Source of the DNA: Podarcis muralis
Taxonomy: Eukaryota
Assembly (NCBI RefSeq): GCF_964188315.1
Contig: NC_135667.1
Location: forward strand, 7,936,001 to 8,000,000
Direction of reading: 5' to 3'
DNA length: 64,000 bases
Part shown: positions 12,201 to 23,824 of the stretch, piece after piece
Layout of the letters: each line of letters opens with the position of its first letter
Numbering within the stretch: the stretch's first letter is position 1
Notes under the pieces: generated by a model
What the model saw: only the letters and a program-made list of their open reading frames with translations
Told to the model about the DNA's origin: nothing
The model's database searches: none
Position numbers and translations under genes: made by a program

Positions 12201-15200
12201 CTTCTGTTTCAGAGGAATCTCTAGCCACCTGGGAGGATTTGTAGTGAGGAGAAAAATACTGTTCATTCTCCGATTCCAATCCTAAAGCATGTCTGGGATG
12301 TAGAAATACTCCCAGTGATTGCTGAACCCGCATTGGAAGGCCCCATCTGTGCTTAGCCACCCTCCTCCTCTCATGAGCTTCCAGGCGATCTTTGGTGTCT
12401 GGACTTGGGAAGAAGAGATCCCAAACAATCTCTTTCACTTCTACCTTATCCCATTGGTTTGCCTTAGTCATTCTCTTGCCTAAGCTTTCCACATGCGTCT
12501 GAGACCCATGGAGAAATGGGGCAAAGGCATGCATGGACTTCAACACAGAGGAGGGTAGGCCCCATGTGTGCTGGAGTTTCTTCTGTCGGATATGGAATTC
12601 CAGAAGATCTTGTGCTTCATCTGTGAGGAAGGCAAGCTTTGCCCCAGGCCATAAGAAAGTAGTTTCTTCAAAGTTCACAGCTGTGGTTGCTCCCTGCTTT
12701 CCTTGAGGGAAGCCCCATCCCTTCCCTGCTGTCCTTCTGTTGCCCATTTCCTCCTTCACCAAGTCCTCATTGTCATCTTCAGTCTGGGAATCAGCTGTAG
12801 GCACTTGGAAGAATTTGCCTAGGGAAGGCTGCACATTATCCTGACGAGATCCGAAAGGTTGTCTGGGAAGCAGAAATCCTCCCAGTGATTGCTGAACCCG
12901 CTTTGGAAGGCCCCATCTGTGCTGTACCACCCTCTTCCTCATGTGAGCTTCCAGGTGCTCTTTTGTGTTGGGACTCAGGAAGGAGAGACTTGGGATAACA
13001 ACTTGTACCTCCATCCAATTGCATTGCGTTGCCGTTGTCATGTTCCTTCTTGTGTGTTGCATCTGCTTCTGTATCTCAAGGGGGTATGGGCCAAAGGCCT
13101 TCAATGACTTCAACACAGAGGATGGTAGGCCCCATGCATGCTGGATCTTCTTATGCTGGATGTGGAATTCCAACAGGTCCTGGGTGACCCTTGTGAGAAA
13201 ATTTAGGTTCACCTCAAGGCTTGATAAAGCAGTTACTTTAAAGTTTGATTGTACAGTTACTCCCTCCTTCCCTTGGGGAAAAACCCATCCCTTTCCTGCT
13301 GCTCTTCTTCTGTTGTCCATTTCCTCCTCCACCAAGACTTCATTTTCATCTTCAGTCTGGGAATCAACAGTATGCTCTTGGAGAAATTTGCCATGAAAAG
13401 GTGTTAGAGACCTTGCTTCACCCAACTCAGATTGGGAAAATGCTCTGGGATTCCGAAATGCCCTCAGTGATTGTGAAACCTGTTCTGGAAGTTGCCACCT
13501 ATGGTGTGTAGTCATACGCCTCACATGGGCATCCAGGTTCTCCTGTAACTCTTGGCTGAGGAACGTGAGACTCCTTGAAATAATAGGGGCTTCTTCTATC
13601 TCCCATGGGTATCTCATGGTCATGCTTTGCTTGTGTTTCTCTGTCTCAAGGTGAAATGGAGCAAAGGCATGCAGGGACTTCAGCACATTGGAGGGTAGGC
13701 CCCAAGTATGGTGGAGTTTTTTGCGCAGGATGTGAAATTCGAGAATTTCACAGGTCTCATTGTTTAAGAAACCAAGTTTCACTCCAGGCGATAAGAAAGC
13801 AGTTACATTCAAGTTCATAGTTGAGTCTGCTCCCTGTTTCAATTGGTTGAAGACCTCCATTTTCTCTGTTGTCCTTCTCTTGACTTTGAATTCTTTCATG
13901 TCTTCATTGTCACCTTCTGTTTCAGAGGAATCTCTAGCCACCTGGGAGGATTTGTAGTGAGGAGAAAAATACTGTGCATTCTCCAATTCCAATCCTAAAG
14001 CATGTCTGGGATGTAGAAATACTCCGAGTGATTGCTGAACCCTCATCGGAAGGCCCCATCTGTGCTTAACCACCCTCCTCCTCTCATGAGCTTCCAGGCG
14101 ATCTATGGTGTCTGGACTTGGGAAGAAGAGATCCCAGACAATCTCTTTCACTTCTACCTTAACCCATTGGTTTGCCTTAGTCATTCTCTTGTCTAAGCTT
14201 TGCTCATGCGGGCAAAGCTTAGACAAGAGAAATGGGGCAAAGGCATGCATGGACTTCAACACAGAGGAGGGTAGGCCCCATGTGTGCTGGAGTTTCTTCT
14301 GTCGGATATGGAATTCCAGAAGATCTTGTGCTTCATCTGTGAGGAAGGCTAGCTTTGCCCCAGGCCATAAGAAAGTAGTTTCTTCAAAGTTCACAGCTGT
14401 GGTTGCTCCCTGCTTTCCTTGAGGGAAGCCCCATCCCTTCCCTGCTGTCCTTCTGTTGCCCATTTCCTCCTTCACCAAGTCTTCCTTGTCATCTTCAGTT
14501 TGGGAATCAGCTGTAGGGACTTGGAAGAATTTGCTGGGGTAAGGCCGCACATTGTCCTGCCCTGATCCGAAAGGTTGTCTGTGACGGAGAAGTCCTCCCA
14601 GTGATTGCTGAACCCGTTTTGGAAGGCCCCACCTGTGCTGTATCACCCTCTTCCTCATGTGAGCTTCCAGGTGCTCTTTTGTGTTGGGACTCAGGAAGGA
14701 GAGACTTGGGATAATTACTTGTACCTGCATCCCATTGCATTGGATTGCCGTCGTCATGTTCCTTCCTGTGTGTTGCATCTGTATCTCAAGGGGGTATGGG
14801 CCAAAGGCCTTCAATGACCTCAACACAGAGGATGGTAGGCCCCATGCATGCTGGATCTTCTTATGCTGGATGTGGAATTCCAACAGGTCCTGGGTGACCC
14901 TTGTGAGAAAATTTAGGTTCACCTCAAGGCTTAAGAAAGCAGTTACTTTAAAGTTTGATGGCACAGTTCCTGCCCTCTCTTGCTTTCCTTTTACCCTTCT
15001 CTTGGCTTCTTCTGATGAGTGTTCATTGTCATCGTCAGTCTGGGAACCATTAGTATGCCCTTGGGAAGATTTGTATTGACGAGATAACGGATCCAGTTCA
15101 GATTGAGGAAGTGATCTGGGCCGTTGAAATGCCCTCAGTGATTCCTGTACCCGCTTTGGTATTTCCCATCTGTGCTTTGTGGTTATATTCCTCACGTGAG

Positions 15201-18200
15201 CCTCTAGTCTCTCCTTCATATCCGAGCTGATGAAAGCAAGATTACTGATTATCGTTCTCACTTCTACCCAATCCCAGGGGTGAATATTTGTTATGTTTTC
15301 TCCCCGATGATTCTCTGGATCAGGGGGAAATAGGGCAAAGGCACATAAGGACTTCAGGACAGTGGAGGGAAGACCCCACATGTGCTGGATTTTCTTCTTT
15401 CCAATGTGGAATTCCAGAAGATTCCAAGCTTCCTCTGTGAGCAAAGGTGGCTTCATCTCAGATGATTCAAACGTAGTCAGTTCCACACCTGTGCCTGTGG
15501 TTGCCACTCCATGTCCTTGGTGGATAGTAGCTTTTGGATGACCCCTGGCTCCTGCTTTGGGTGTGAGTTGCTTCAAAGGCTCTCTTCCCTCAGAAAGAGT
15601 AGGGATTTCATCTTGCTCGTAGGACTTACGATGATCTTCTTTGAAATGGGACGCAAGTTGAGTGGGAGCAATTGCCCTCAGAGAATCCTGAATCAGTTTG
15701 GGAAGTCCCCACTGGTGCTCCATGGCCCAGCTCCTCACGTGGGCTTCTATGCCATTCTTGACATCTGGACTTACAACACGCAGGGCCTTTTGAGGGGGGA
15801 TGGTCTCTAACACAGATTGTGGTACATGGGCAGTCGCTTTCTCTTGATATCCCAGTTTCTCAACAGTGACATGTGTTGATGCGCCTGCTTTTTTACTCCT
15901 CTGTAGCTCAGGTGGAAGAGGGACAAAGGCATGCAAAGATTTCTGCACTAGAGATGGCAGCCCCCACTCATGCTGGAGTCTTTTGCGCTGTATGTGAAGT
16001 TCCAAAAGATCGCAGGCTTCCTTTGTAAGAAATGTTGGCACTGGCTCCTGAAATACTTCCGTCAATTGGAATTTAGCCTCCATATTTTTTTTCTTGAGAT
16101 GGTCTTCCAAAAGATTCATATTTGAAGCAGGGGTCACTGATTTCCCTGAAGAGGGTTTGTGTGCAGTGTCTGCAAACATCGGCTGTGGGGATCTAGTCAT
16201 AAGCAACTCCCTTGCTTCATTCTGGAATATTGGGGGTTCCAGCTCCTGGACCCTAATCTTCACTTGGCTGATTTGGGATGAGGAACATCTTTCCTGGAAC
16301 ACTGTAGCCAAAGGTTCCAAGTGCATGCTGGGCAACTCCCCCAAGAAAGTGAAATGTTCCCTTGTTGAAGATGAGGTGACAACATTTGGAATATCTCTCA
16401 ACTGCATCTCCCTGTGCTTCTTGGCCAAGTGGTGGTTCATCTTGTCCAAACTATGGGGCTTCAGCATAGAAAGAACTTGAGCTGACTGTGGGGAGGCAGG
16501 CATCAACCCAAATGTTTTTCTGTTGCTTACTTCTTGGTGTACAGTACTCAATCCTGGGTGCTTGTATGTTATCCAATAGCAAGGGCAGTAGAAGTAGCGG
16601 TCTTCCACTGCTGCCCTGGTTATGGCATCTTTCCCATTCAAGATTTCACTCTGTTGACTAGGTTGGTGCTCTGGAAACTCATGCCTGATGTTCAGCTCCC
16701 CCTTATCCACTGCTTCACCCTCCACCAAGGGCAGAAATGTGCTTCTGGGCTTCACTTGGCTATAAAGAGGGGCAAACTTCTGGAGGGAGTCTTCAAGTGT
16801 GATCTTGAAGCTTCCCATGGGTTGGAGATCAGATTCTGTGGACCTTCTCCTGAGGCTAGGGTGATCTGTAGAGGCAGCTGATGATTCAGAAAAAGCTCCC
16901 TCAGGGACTTCTCCTGCCTCCATATCCTGGTGTGGGCTGACCATTTGCTGTGCCCTGTAAGCCTTGGGTCCATGTGTGAAGATGTTCTCACCCACAAATG
17001 TTGCCTGCCTTGCCTCTACCAGCTCTTCTCTGGCTACTGGGATGGGAGAGGAGAATCTGCCCAGAGAGTCACAGCTTTTATTTTGGTACTCTGTAATTTG
17101 TGGTTCCAAGGGACCTGTCCCAAACGCAGGGCGGAAAAGCTTGATAGATTCCAAAACCCTCTTAGGCAACTTCCATTGTCTCTGTAGCTTCATCCTTTGA
17201 ATGTGGAAATCCAACTGACTGTAGGTGCTTTGGGGAAGGAATGACGGTTTCTGTAGTAGAATGTAGACATGGGCTTTCGCCCTTTGGAGACTTGGCAGTG
17301 GGGGAGCCTGTGATTTGAAGCCATGCAAGGATTTCTGAATAAGACTAGGCAAGCCCCATTCATGTTGTAGCTTCTTTTTTCTAATGTGCAGTTCCAGATT
17401 CTCTCTGACCTGAGCATAGAGAAACTCTGTCCGCACTTCTAAGAACTCAACAGCAACTTCTCTAGCTCTAGGAAACGTGGGCAGCAGTTTGGGCTTCATT
17501 GCACTCATGGCCAAGGTTGGGGAAACGTCCGGCCATTTTTCATCCAAGTGGAATATCTTATTCTCTGTTGCTTCAGACTGAAGTGTGGGGTACATCAAAA
17601 GCTGACTTGGCATTGTCCTCCTCCCTATCCTAGTTCCATCCTGTTTCCCTGCAACAGTCACCATCTCTGGGGAAAGTAGCCTGAGGGACTCAAGGACCCT
17701 TGGGGGTAAGTGCCATCGGTGAAGCATGATTCTTTTCAGCAGATTCTGCTCTAGTTCTTGGATGATGGCATCGCTAAGGAAGGAGAGCTCAGCCAGAAGA
17801 ACACTCACCTCCATGTGCTGCAATGTCCGGTGCTGATGCAATTGGGGGACAACGGGGAAAACAGAATGGAGAGATCTCTGGACAAGACTTGGCAACCCCC
17901 AATCATGCTGCAACCTCTTTTTTCTCACGTGCCATTCCAGATCCTCCCAAGTCCCCTGCTCAATGAATGGGATCTCTTGTATCAGTGTGGGCTCGTCCCA
18001 TGGGTGCTGCACCTTCTTTTTAAGCACATGGGAATCCAAAGACTGCTCCTCATTAGCAGGAAGAAAACTTGTCCTTGCTTGGACAAATGCAGCAGTGTGC
18101 TGCGACCGAAGTAGCATCTCATGTCTGGCCTCAAAGGACTTCTTCTCAGTTATAGTCTGGGGGGTTGCTTTGGAAGGAGGGGGAGATTTGAGGGCTGTTT

Positions 18201-19415
18201 CTCTGGCTGTGGATTCCAAATGTAGAACATGCCTATGAAGTTTCCCTTCCCTCTCACCCTTGACGACTCCTCCTCGGCCTCCTTTCCTGTGTGCAGATGA
18301 TGCTATATCTGTGGTGAGGGGATAATCTAGCTTCATATGCTTGAGGGCCTCTTGGACTTGCTTTGGCAACACCCGGCATTGCATGTGAATCATCTTTTTC
18401 ATGTGTTTCTCTAGTGTCCTCCTCTTTGCCCCACTCATGAAAGGAAGAAGCCGAGGCCTCATCAACACAGTATGCTCCCTCTTTGGACGGTACGGGCAAG
18501 TGAAATCCATACCAAGAGGCAAAAAGGCCCTGAGTGACCTGAGGACGACTGATGGAAGACCCAATTTGTGTTGAATACTTTTCACAACCAAATGCCACTC
18601 CAAGGTCTTTCTCACAGTCTTAGCTACAAAGGGAGTGTCCTCAGTAGCAAATTCAACCCTAGGAGATTTGATATTTGCTTGGGAGATCACAGGTAAAGAA
18701 CTGGGGAAATGCCTTGTTCCTTTATGGTGGAATCTCATGCCCTGGTGGTTCTTCCTCTCACTCAGAGAGGACCCTTCATTTTTCTTATGCCTCAAAGGCA
18801 TGTGGCTCTTCTTGCTGAAATTTGATAGCTCGGACAGGTCAGAAGAGGGACTGTAATCTTCCCAACTATTGTAAGACAGCTCTGATGATGTGCTAGAAGA
18901 GAGGCAAAAGGGATCGCTCATTTCCCCACTGCTGTCCTCAGAGCTGTCATAACATTTATTTATACTAAACATGGAATGGCTGTCAGAACAGGTGGGACTT
19001 ATGTCATTCTCCCTGGAGATGGGAACATCTTGCTGAGCATAATGGAGTGGTTTCTCCTTCTGCCTCTTGCCTTTGGGAATGTGTTGCTCCTTTCTGGATG
19101 AAGGGGTTATTTCTGGGCCCAATTCTGGATGGCCACAGTTTGTGGCAGGTTTACTGCTGCTCCATGGAAAAATTGTGTCATCTCTTTGAGCAGAAATGGC
19201 TGGTAGGCTGGAGCTCCCCACATAAGAGGCAATGGGAAGTGATGGCATTTGCAAAGCAGAAAGCCCAGGTTTTGATCCATAGACACGCAGCACTTCCTCA
19301 GCCTCCTTGGCTGCCCTGTCACATATGGCGCAGGTCACGTTGTCACATAGCAATCTGCGTATGGAGGAATGGCAACTGCCTCCATTTTGTGGGTCTGTCT
19401 CCTGGTGTTTGGTAC
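6262..19415 (-). CDS. Giant terminal exon (13,154 nt, 4,383 aa + stop) of a SPATA31/FAM75/FAM205-family (spermatogenesis-associated 31-like) protein, copy B
   Basis: Uninterrupted ORF. Acceptor ttcatttgtcttacag|GT at 19416/19415 in phase 1, matching exon 2. Starts with SIRRLLCDNVTCAICDRAAKEAEEVL (resembles the conserved RxLLCxxxxCxxC motif of SPATA31 N-termini). About 30 copies of LE-x-H-(I/V)-xx-K/R-xx-QH-x-WGLP-xx-V-xx-S, typical of FAM75 domains. Three-exon layout (TM exon, tiny exon, huge exon) fits the family. Family assignment is by motif recognition. Confidence 0.8.
6265..6620 (-). repeat. Ser/Arg-rich imperfect tandem repeat encoding the protein C-terminus (RSSS/RSRS)
   Basis: Recurring ctgctgcttgaa/ctgcttgacc units on + strand. 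Protein SSSRSRSRGRSKDPSSSSRNPRLSSRSR. Confidence 0.85.
7238..7424 (-). repeat. 21-bp coding minisatellite (EVRDGEG / EVREGEG heptapeptide, about 8-9 units)
   Basis: Unit tctcttacttctccttctcca repeated, with one 15-bp variant; frame preserved. Confidence 0.9.
10390..14956 (-). repeat. In-exon higher-order tandem repeat, eight ~570-bp (190-aa) monomers in order A-B-C-A-B-C-B-C, with diverged monomers on both sides (to about 9700 and 15460)
   Basis: Anchor ga(g/t)ggtaggcccc at 14831, 14267, 13691, 13121, 12551, 11978, 11411, 10835. Spacings 564, 576, 570, 570, 573, 567, 576, all multiples of 3. Confidence 0.9.
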
Positions 19416-19842
19416 CTGTAAGACAAATGAAGGCACTGGTGACCTTTCCTTCACCTCCAGGATGGTATGGAGCCAATTGGTATAGAGACAATTATATTTT
19501 GTCAGGAGCTGGCTGGATGAGGAGGAGTGGCAGGCACTGGAGGAGGAAGAGGAGTGTGGGGGGAGCATACCACCCACGTGTGCCACGCCCCTGCGGGCAG
19601 TATGTCCTGCCCCCAGGACATGGCCTGCCCTGCCCTGCCTGCTCTCCACCCCCCGGTGTCAGAGCATGAAGCTCCGCCACTGGTGGCAAGAGCCTCTTGC
19701 CCAGAAGCTCCCCAGGGAAGACAGAGAAGACGAGGACTTAGACCCTGGGTCCTGGTGGTGGGAGGTGCTAGAAGTAGGAGGGTGGAGTGATCAAGGGAGG
19801 GAGCGGGTCAGAGGAAGAAGGCCCTTCCATAATTTCTGCCCC

Positions 19843-20215
19843 AAAATGGAAGGAAGTACACAGACATGGCAAAACATGGAGTACACAGACATGGCAAAAC
19901 TTACCAGAAGAACAAGAAACCAAGAAGAAAGACTTTTTAAAATGGAGTGGGGGGGGAATTATTGACTATCTGAAGACACATTGTAAACAAATCAAAACAT
20001 TAGTAGGACTGATTTAAGCACGTGCAGTAAGAGAAAGCTAGGGAGAACATAAGGGGAAATTAGTAAATAGATATGAATTGGATATGCAGTAATAAAAATA
20101 AAAAGGAGGGGAAGGAAGTCAAAGGGAAAGTACATTGGATTTGTAAAGTGTTTGTTTTTGTTCCTGTTGAAAATATTTGTGAAATGTGAAGAGGAAATTT
20201 AAACTTAGAAATAAA
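19843..20215 (+). mobile_element. L1-clade LINE 3' fragment (ORF2 C-terminus + 3' UTR)
   Basis: Translates to ...DMAKLTRRTRNQEERLFKMEW...IDYLKTHCK, similar to the L1 end at 60667-60882. Confidence 0.6.
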
Positions 20216-21030
20216 GCACATTCCAAACCAAAATGAGAAAGAGGGGAGGCGAGAAGGGATGGAGGGTACACTGACCATTCCACAGCAGGACAATTCCAGT
20301 CTTGCTGGTTCTCCTCCTCTCACACCCCCTCTTGGAGTGTCCTACATGTTGTCAAGCAATGGGTCTGGCAGAAGCAGAGGAGGAGCTCACTGCCACATTG
20401 CAGTCCCCATCTGTTGGGAAGAGCTGTAGAGGGGAAAGGCAGATCCGAAGCTCAGTTTCCTGCAACTTCTCAAGCTGAAAGAGTTGAGCAGGGAAGACTT
20501 CACTTGCTACATTCTGTGAATAAAAAGCCAGTTGCATTCCAAGCGTCCTGTCTATTTTTGACCTGCAGGGGCCTGATACTTCCCTGTCAGCACTCATGGC
20601 ACATTTATATATTTATTAGAAGTATTAGAAAACATATATACCAATTTGGAGACCCAAGAGGCACTGATTTTATTTCAGAGCAGCAGTGGTGAACCTGTGG
20701 CCTTCCAAATGTTGTTGGACTCCAGTGCCCATCAACCCTAGCAAGCATGTCCAATGGTCAGGGGTAATGGGCATTGAAAGCCAACTTCTAGATTGCATTT
20801 ACTAACTCAACTCTAAGTACTTTTGTTAGGCGATCCTCTACAAGTTCTCCTGGGTGTATTTCAGTTTTAAATAAGGCTGTTGTTGTTTAAGATTTTTAAT
20901 TTGGTTTGTATTATCTTGCAGTTGTCTTATTAAAGAAACCCAAGCAACAAATGACAAGGGTGTGTATGTACACTTTCATAGATGTTAAGAAAAGACCATG
21001 TGAATTATCAAATGTCAGCAGTAGTTTTTA

Positions 21031-21032
<2 letters not shown>

Positions 21033-21077
<45 letters not shown>
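21033..21077 (+). repeat. (CT)22 microsatellite
   Basis: Direct reading; absent from the paralogous copy A position. Confidence 0.95.
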
Positions 21078-21081
<4 letters not shown>

Positions 21082-21115
21082 CCAGGATGAGCTGGTTCCT
21101 GTCTCAATGGCTTAC

Positions 21116-21170
21116 CTTCTTCTTTTCCAACAGCTGCTTGGAGATGACTTCTGTGTTCCACGTGTTCCTT
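21116..21170 (-). CDS. SPATA31-like copy B, exon 2 (55 nt)
   Basis: cttcctag acceptor, AAG|GTAAGC donor. Phase-1 end G joins GT at 19415 to give Gly, in frame with the giant ORF. Confidence 0.75.
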
Positions 21171-21675
21171 CTAGGAAGAGAGGAGGCAGCAAAGTTATTC
21201 AAAAGGAAGAACAACCAGTTGGAAACACCTTACCAAACAGGGAACAGATCCATCAGGCAGATTGAGGCATGTTCCAAGTGTCATCAGGGTATCTCTAAGT
21301 AGGACCAGGAAAAATCCCTGTCTGAACCCCTGGAGAGCTGCCACTGGTCTGCTTCGACTATACTAAGCTGGATGGACCAACAGTCTGGATCTGTATAAGG
21401 CTACTTCCTCCTGGTGGCCAAAGCATGCAATACTCTCAGGTCATTTTTGACTCCTCCCATCTCACTTAGAAGTTCATTCAATATCAATGTTTAACAGAGA
21501 CTGTTAAAATGCCATTTTCATTATGATCATGGCACCACACTTCTGCTTTCTTCCCTAAAGCATGAAAATCCATCCCCATGAATTATCATTTTCTCATTTT
21601 CTGCGCCATATCTGTGAGATCACCTGTATTGTCATATAATTGTTTTATTTTGGATTTTGCTAATATTTGATTTGA

Positions 21676-21855
21676 GGTAGTGGAGGACAGAGGTGCCTGG
21701 CGTGCTCTGGTCCATGGGGTCACGAAGAGTCGGACACGACTAAATGACTAAACAACAACAAATATTTGATTAGGCAGTGGAAGACAGGAGTGCCTGGCAT
21801 GCTCTGGTCCATGGGGTCACGAAGAGTCGGACACGACTAAACGACTAAACAACAA
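21676..21855 (+). mobile_element. Two tandem 5'-truncated Bov-B (RTE) LINE 3' ends
   Basis: Each unit is gg(c/t)agtgg...cctgg...ctctggtccatggggtcacgaagagtcggacacgactaa...aacaaca, separated and flanked by tatttgatt. Absent in copy A. Confidence 0.85.
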
Positions 21856-22028
21856 ATTATTTGATTACATGGCTGTAACCTGCCCTGACTTTGCACTGAA
21901 GGAAAGGTAGGAAATCTCTTAAATAAATTTGTAAGTACATATTGCTGTTGTAAGTTGAGAAAACCAAATGTGGTGGGGGGGGGGCTGAGTCAAATTCAGA
22001 CATGAACAAAGGGGATACTGAAACTCAC

Positions 22029-22283
22029 CATCGGTGTGCCAGTCTCAGCGGGGAACCAACTGCCCAGCTGTTCCTCCAGGGAGTGGGGATTCTCAGTGAC
22101 TTCAGGTTCAACTGAAAAGGACAAGATGCTTCTCTATGCTTGGTCAAGTCTCTTGTACTATGCAAAGGTGCTACATTGGATCATTTGGAAGAGGCTGATG
22201 AATAGAGCCAGGGCTAGAGTAGTGTACAAGTTGAAGTAGCAGTCCAAAAGGGGAAAGTGATTGATGAGGGAAATCAGCTCCAT
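22029..22283 (-). pseudogene. SPATA31-like copy B, exon 1, with two in-frame TAG stops (codons 42 and 50); the last codon is an in-frame ATG
   Basis: Same length (255 nt) and donor (ATG|GTGAGT) as copy A. TAG at 22160-22158 and 22136-22134 where copy A has TGG. Confidence 0.8.
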
Positions 22284-22813
22284 CTTTGTGAAACTGACCT
22301 GAATGCAGTCTTTGCACCCAAGAGATGGTATGTATCCCCCAGGCAGTGGCAGTTAGCAGTGGTTTAGAGCAGCATTCCAAAGAATATCACAAAGAACTAA
22401 CAAAAGAACCTTGGGAACACCCTGGGTTTTCTCCAGCCATGGATGCTGCTGCTGCCTCCTTCTTCACTGTCCTTCAGAACATGCTTTTTTTCTTTGTTAT
22501 TCTGGAAGCCACAGTCATACACCTCCATACAAAAACACATGAGTCTATGGTTTTTTGGTTTTTTTAAGAACTAGATAGACACTACCAGAGAGATGAACAA
22601 TGTTTGCATCTAAAGTTAGTTCTACTCAGAGTAGACCCACTGAAATCAATAAACCTAAGTTAGTCATATCCATTAATATCAACAGCTCTGCGTGGATTAG
22701 TATTGGACACAACCCAAAAACTTGTAATCTTAGCTTAACATTTATTTACTCAGGATAGGAAAGACTGTGTGTAGTGCAGTTGCATACTGTATATTGTAAA
22801 ATGCTGTGGTAAA

Positions 22814-22980
22814 TAAAGGTAAAGGAACCCCTGACTGTTAGGTCCAGTCTTGGACAACTCTGGGGTTGCAGCGTTCATCTCGTTTTACTGGCTGAGGGAG
22901 CTGGCATACAGCTTCTAGGTCATGTAGCCAGCCTGACTAAGCCGCTTCTGGCAAACCAGAGCAATGCACGGAAATGCCGT
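22814..22980 (-). mobile_element. 5'-truncated Sauria SINE
   Basis: taaaggtaaaggaacccctgac...taagccgcttctggcaaaccagagc matches the 3' half of the SINE at 3015. Confidence 0.8.
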
Positions 22981-23129
22981 GCATGAAATTACACGGGTAA
23001 TAATAATAATTCTATTTATCTAATATCTTCATTCTGGGATATGTGAGCAGTGTGACTCTCTTGCAGGATAATGTACTCAAACATTATGTGAATGGAGCAG
23101 ACAAATTTGAGAAGCTGCCTTCAATGTGT

Positions 23130-23715
23130 GTGGAGTGGAATGACCAAGATGATCTGGAAACCAAGCCTTATGAGGAATGGTTGAGGGAGCTGAGTATGCT
23201 TAGCCTGGAAAAGAACAGACTAGGAGGATATATGATAGCTGTCTGCACTTATATAAAGGGCTCCCATATGGAAGATTATTTTATTATTATTTCTTGAATT
23301 TATATACCACCCTATACACAGAGGTCTCAGGGTGGTTCACAGAATAAAATCAAAACATAAAACTACAAAATACATAATCAAAATAAAACCAGCCCAACCC
23401 CCCCAAAACACCACATTTTAAATGGGCATAAAATGGGGCATGCTTGTTTTCTCCTGCTCTGGAGGGTAGGACTTGAACCAATGGTGTCAAGTTATAAGAA
23501 AGGAGATTACAATTAAACCTTAGGAAGAATTTTCTGACAGTAAGGGCAGTTTGACTGTGAAATGACTCCCTCGGAAGGTGGCAAACTCTCCTTCCTTGGA
23601 GGTTTTTAAGCAGAGGTTGGATGGCCATCTGTCTTGGATGCTTTAGCTGAGATTCCTGTATTGCAGAGGAATGGACTTCTAGTGGACTTCCAACTCTACA
23701 ATTCTAGGATTCTAA
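23130..23715 (+). mobile_element. Decayed CR1 LINE 3' end, interrupted at about 23281-23437 by another insertion
   Basis: KPYEEWLRELSMLSLEK...; aaccttaggaagaattttctgacagtaag; attctaggattcta tail. Parallels the CR1 at 53595. Confidence 0.75.
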
Positions 23716-23824
23716 CATGACAGCTAAAGTGCAGTCAAATGTCTACTCAAACAAAAAGCTTCATTGTGTTCCAGAAGAGTTACCCCAAGAAATTGTGAAG
23801 GGAACTGCAACATAGTTCTTAACT

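Noticed and set aside
10700-19450. Many 60-140-aa + strand ORFs and alternate-frame ORFs within the giant exon
   Set aside because: By-products of a long coding sequence; they recur with the repeat period rather than having their own structure.
19416-19491. ORF-track start of the 4409-aa protein (TTG at 19491)
   Set aside because: The first 25 codons lie upstream of a clear acceptor (ttcatttgtcttacag) and are intronic in the three-exon model.
19492-19830. GC-rich minus-strand ORFs just upstream of the giant exon (including a PRLLCLPW stretch) as an extra or alternative exon
   Set aside because: Separated from the giant ORF by TAA, and I found no donor in the phase (1) needed to join it. Not excluded without transcripts.
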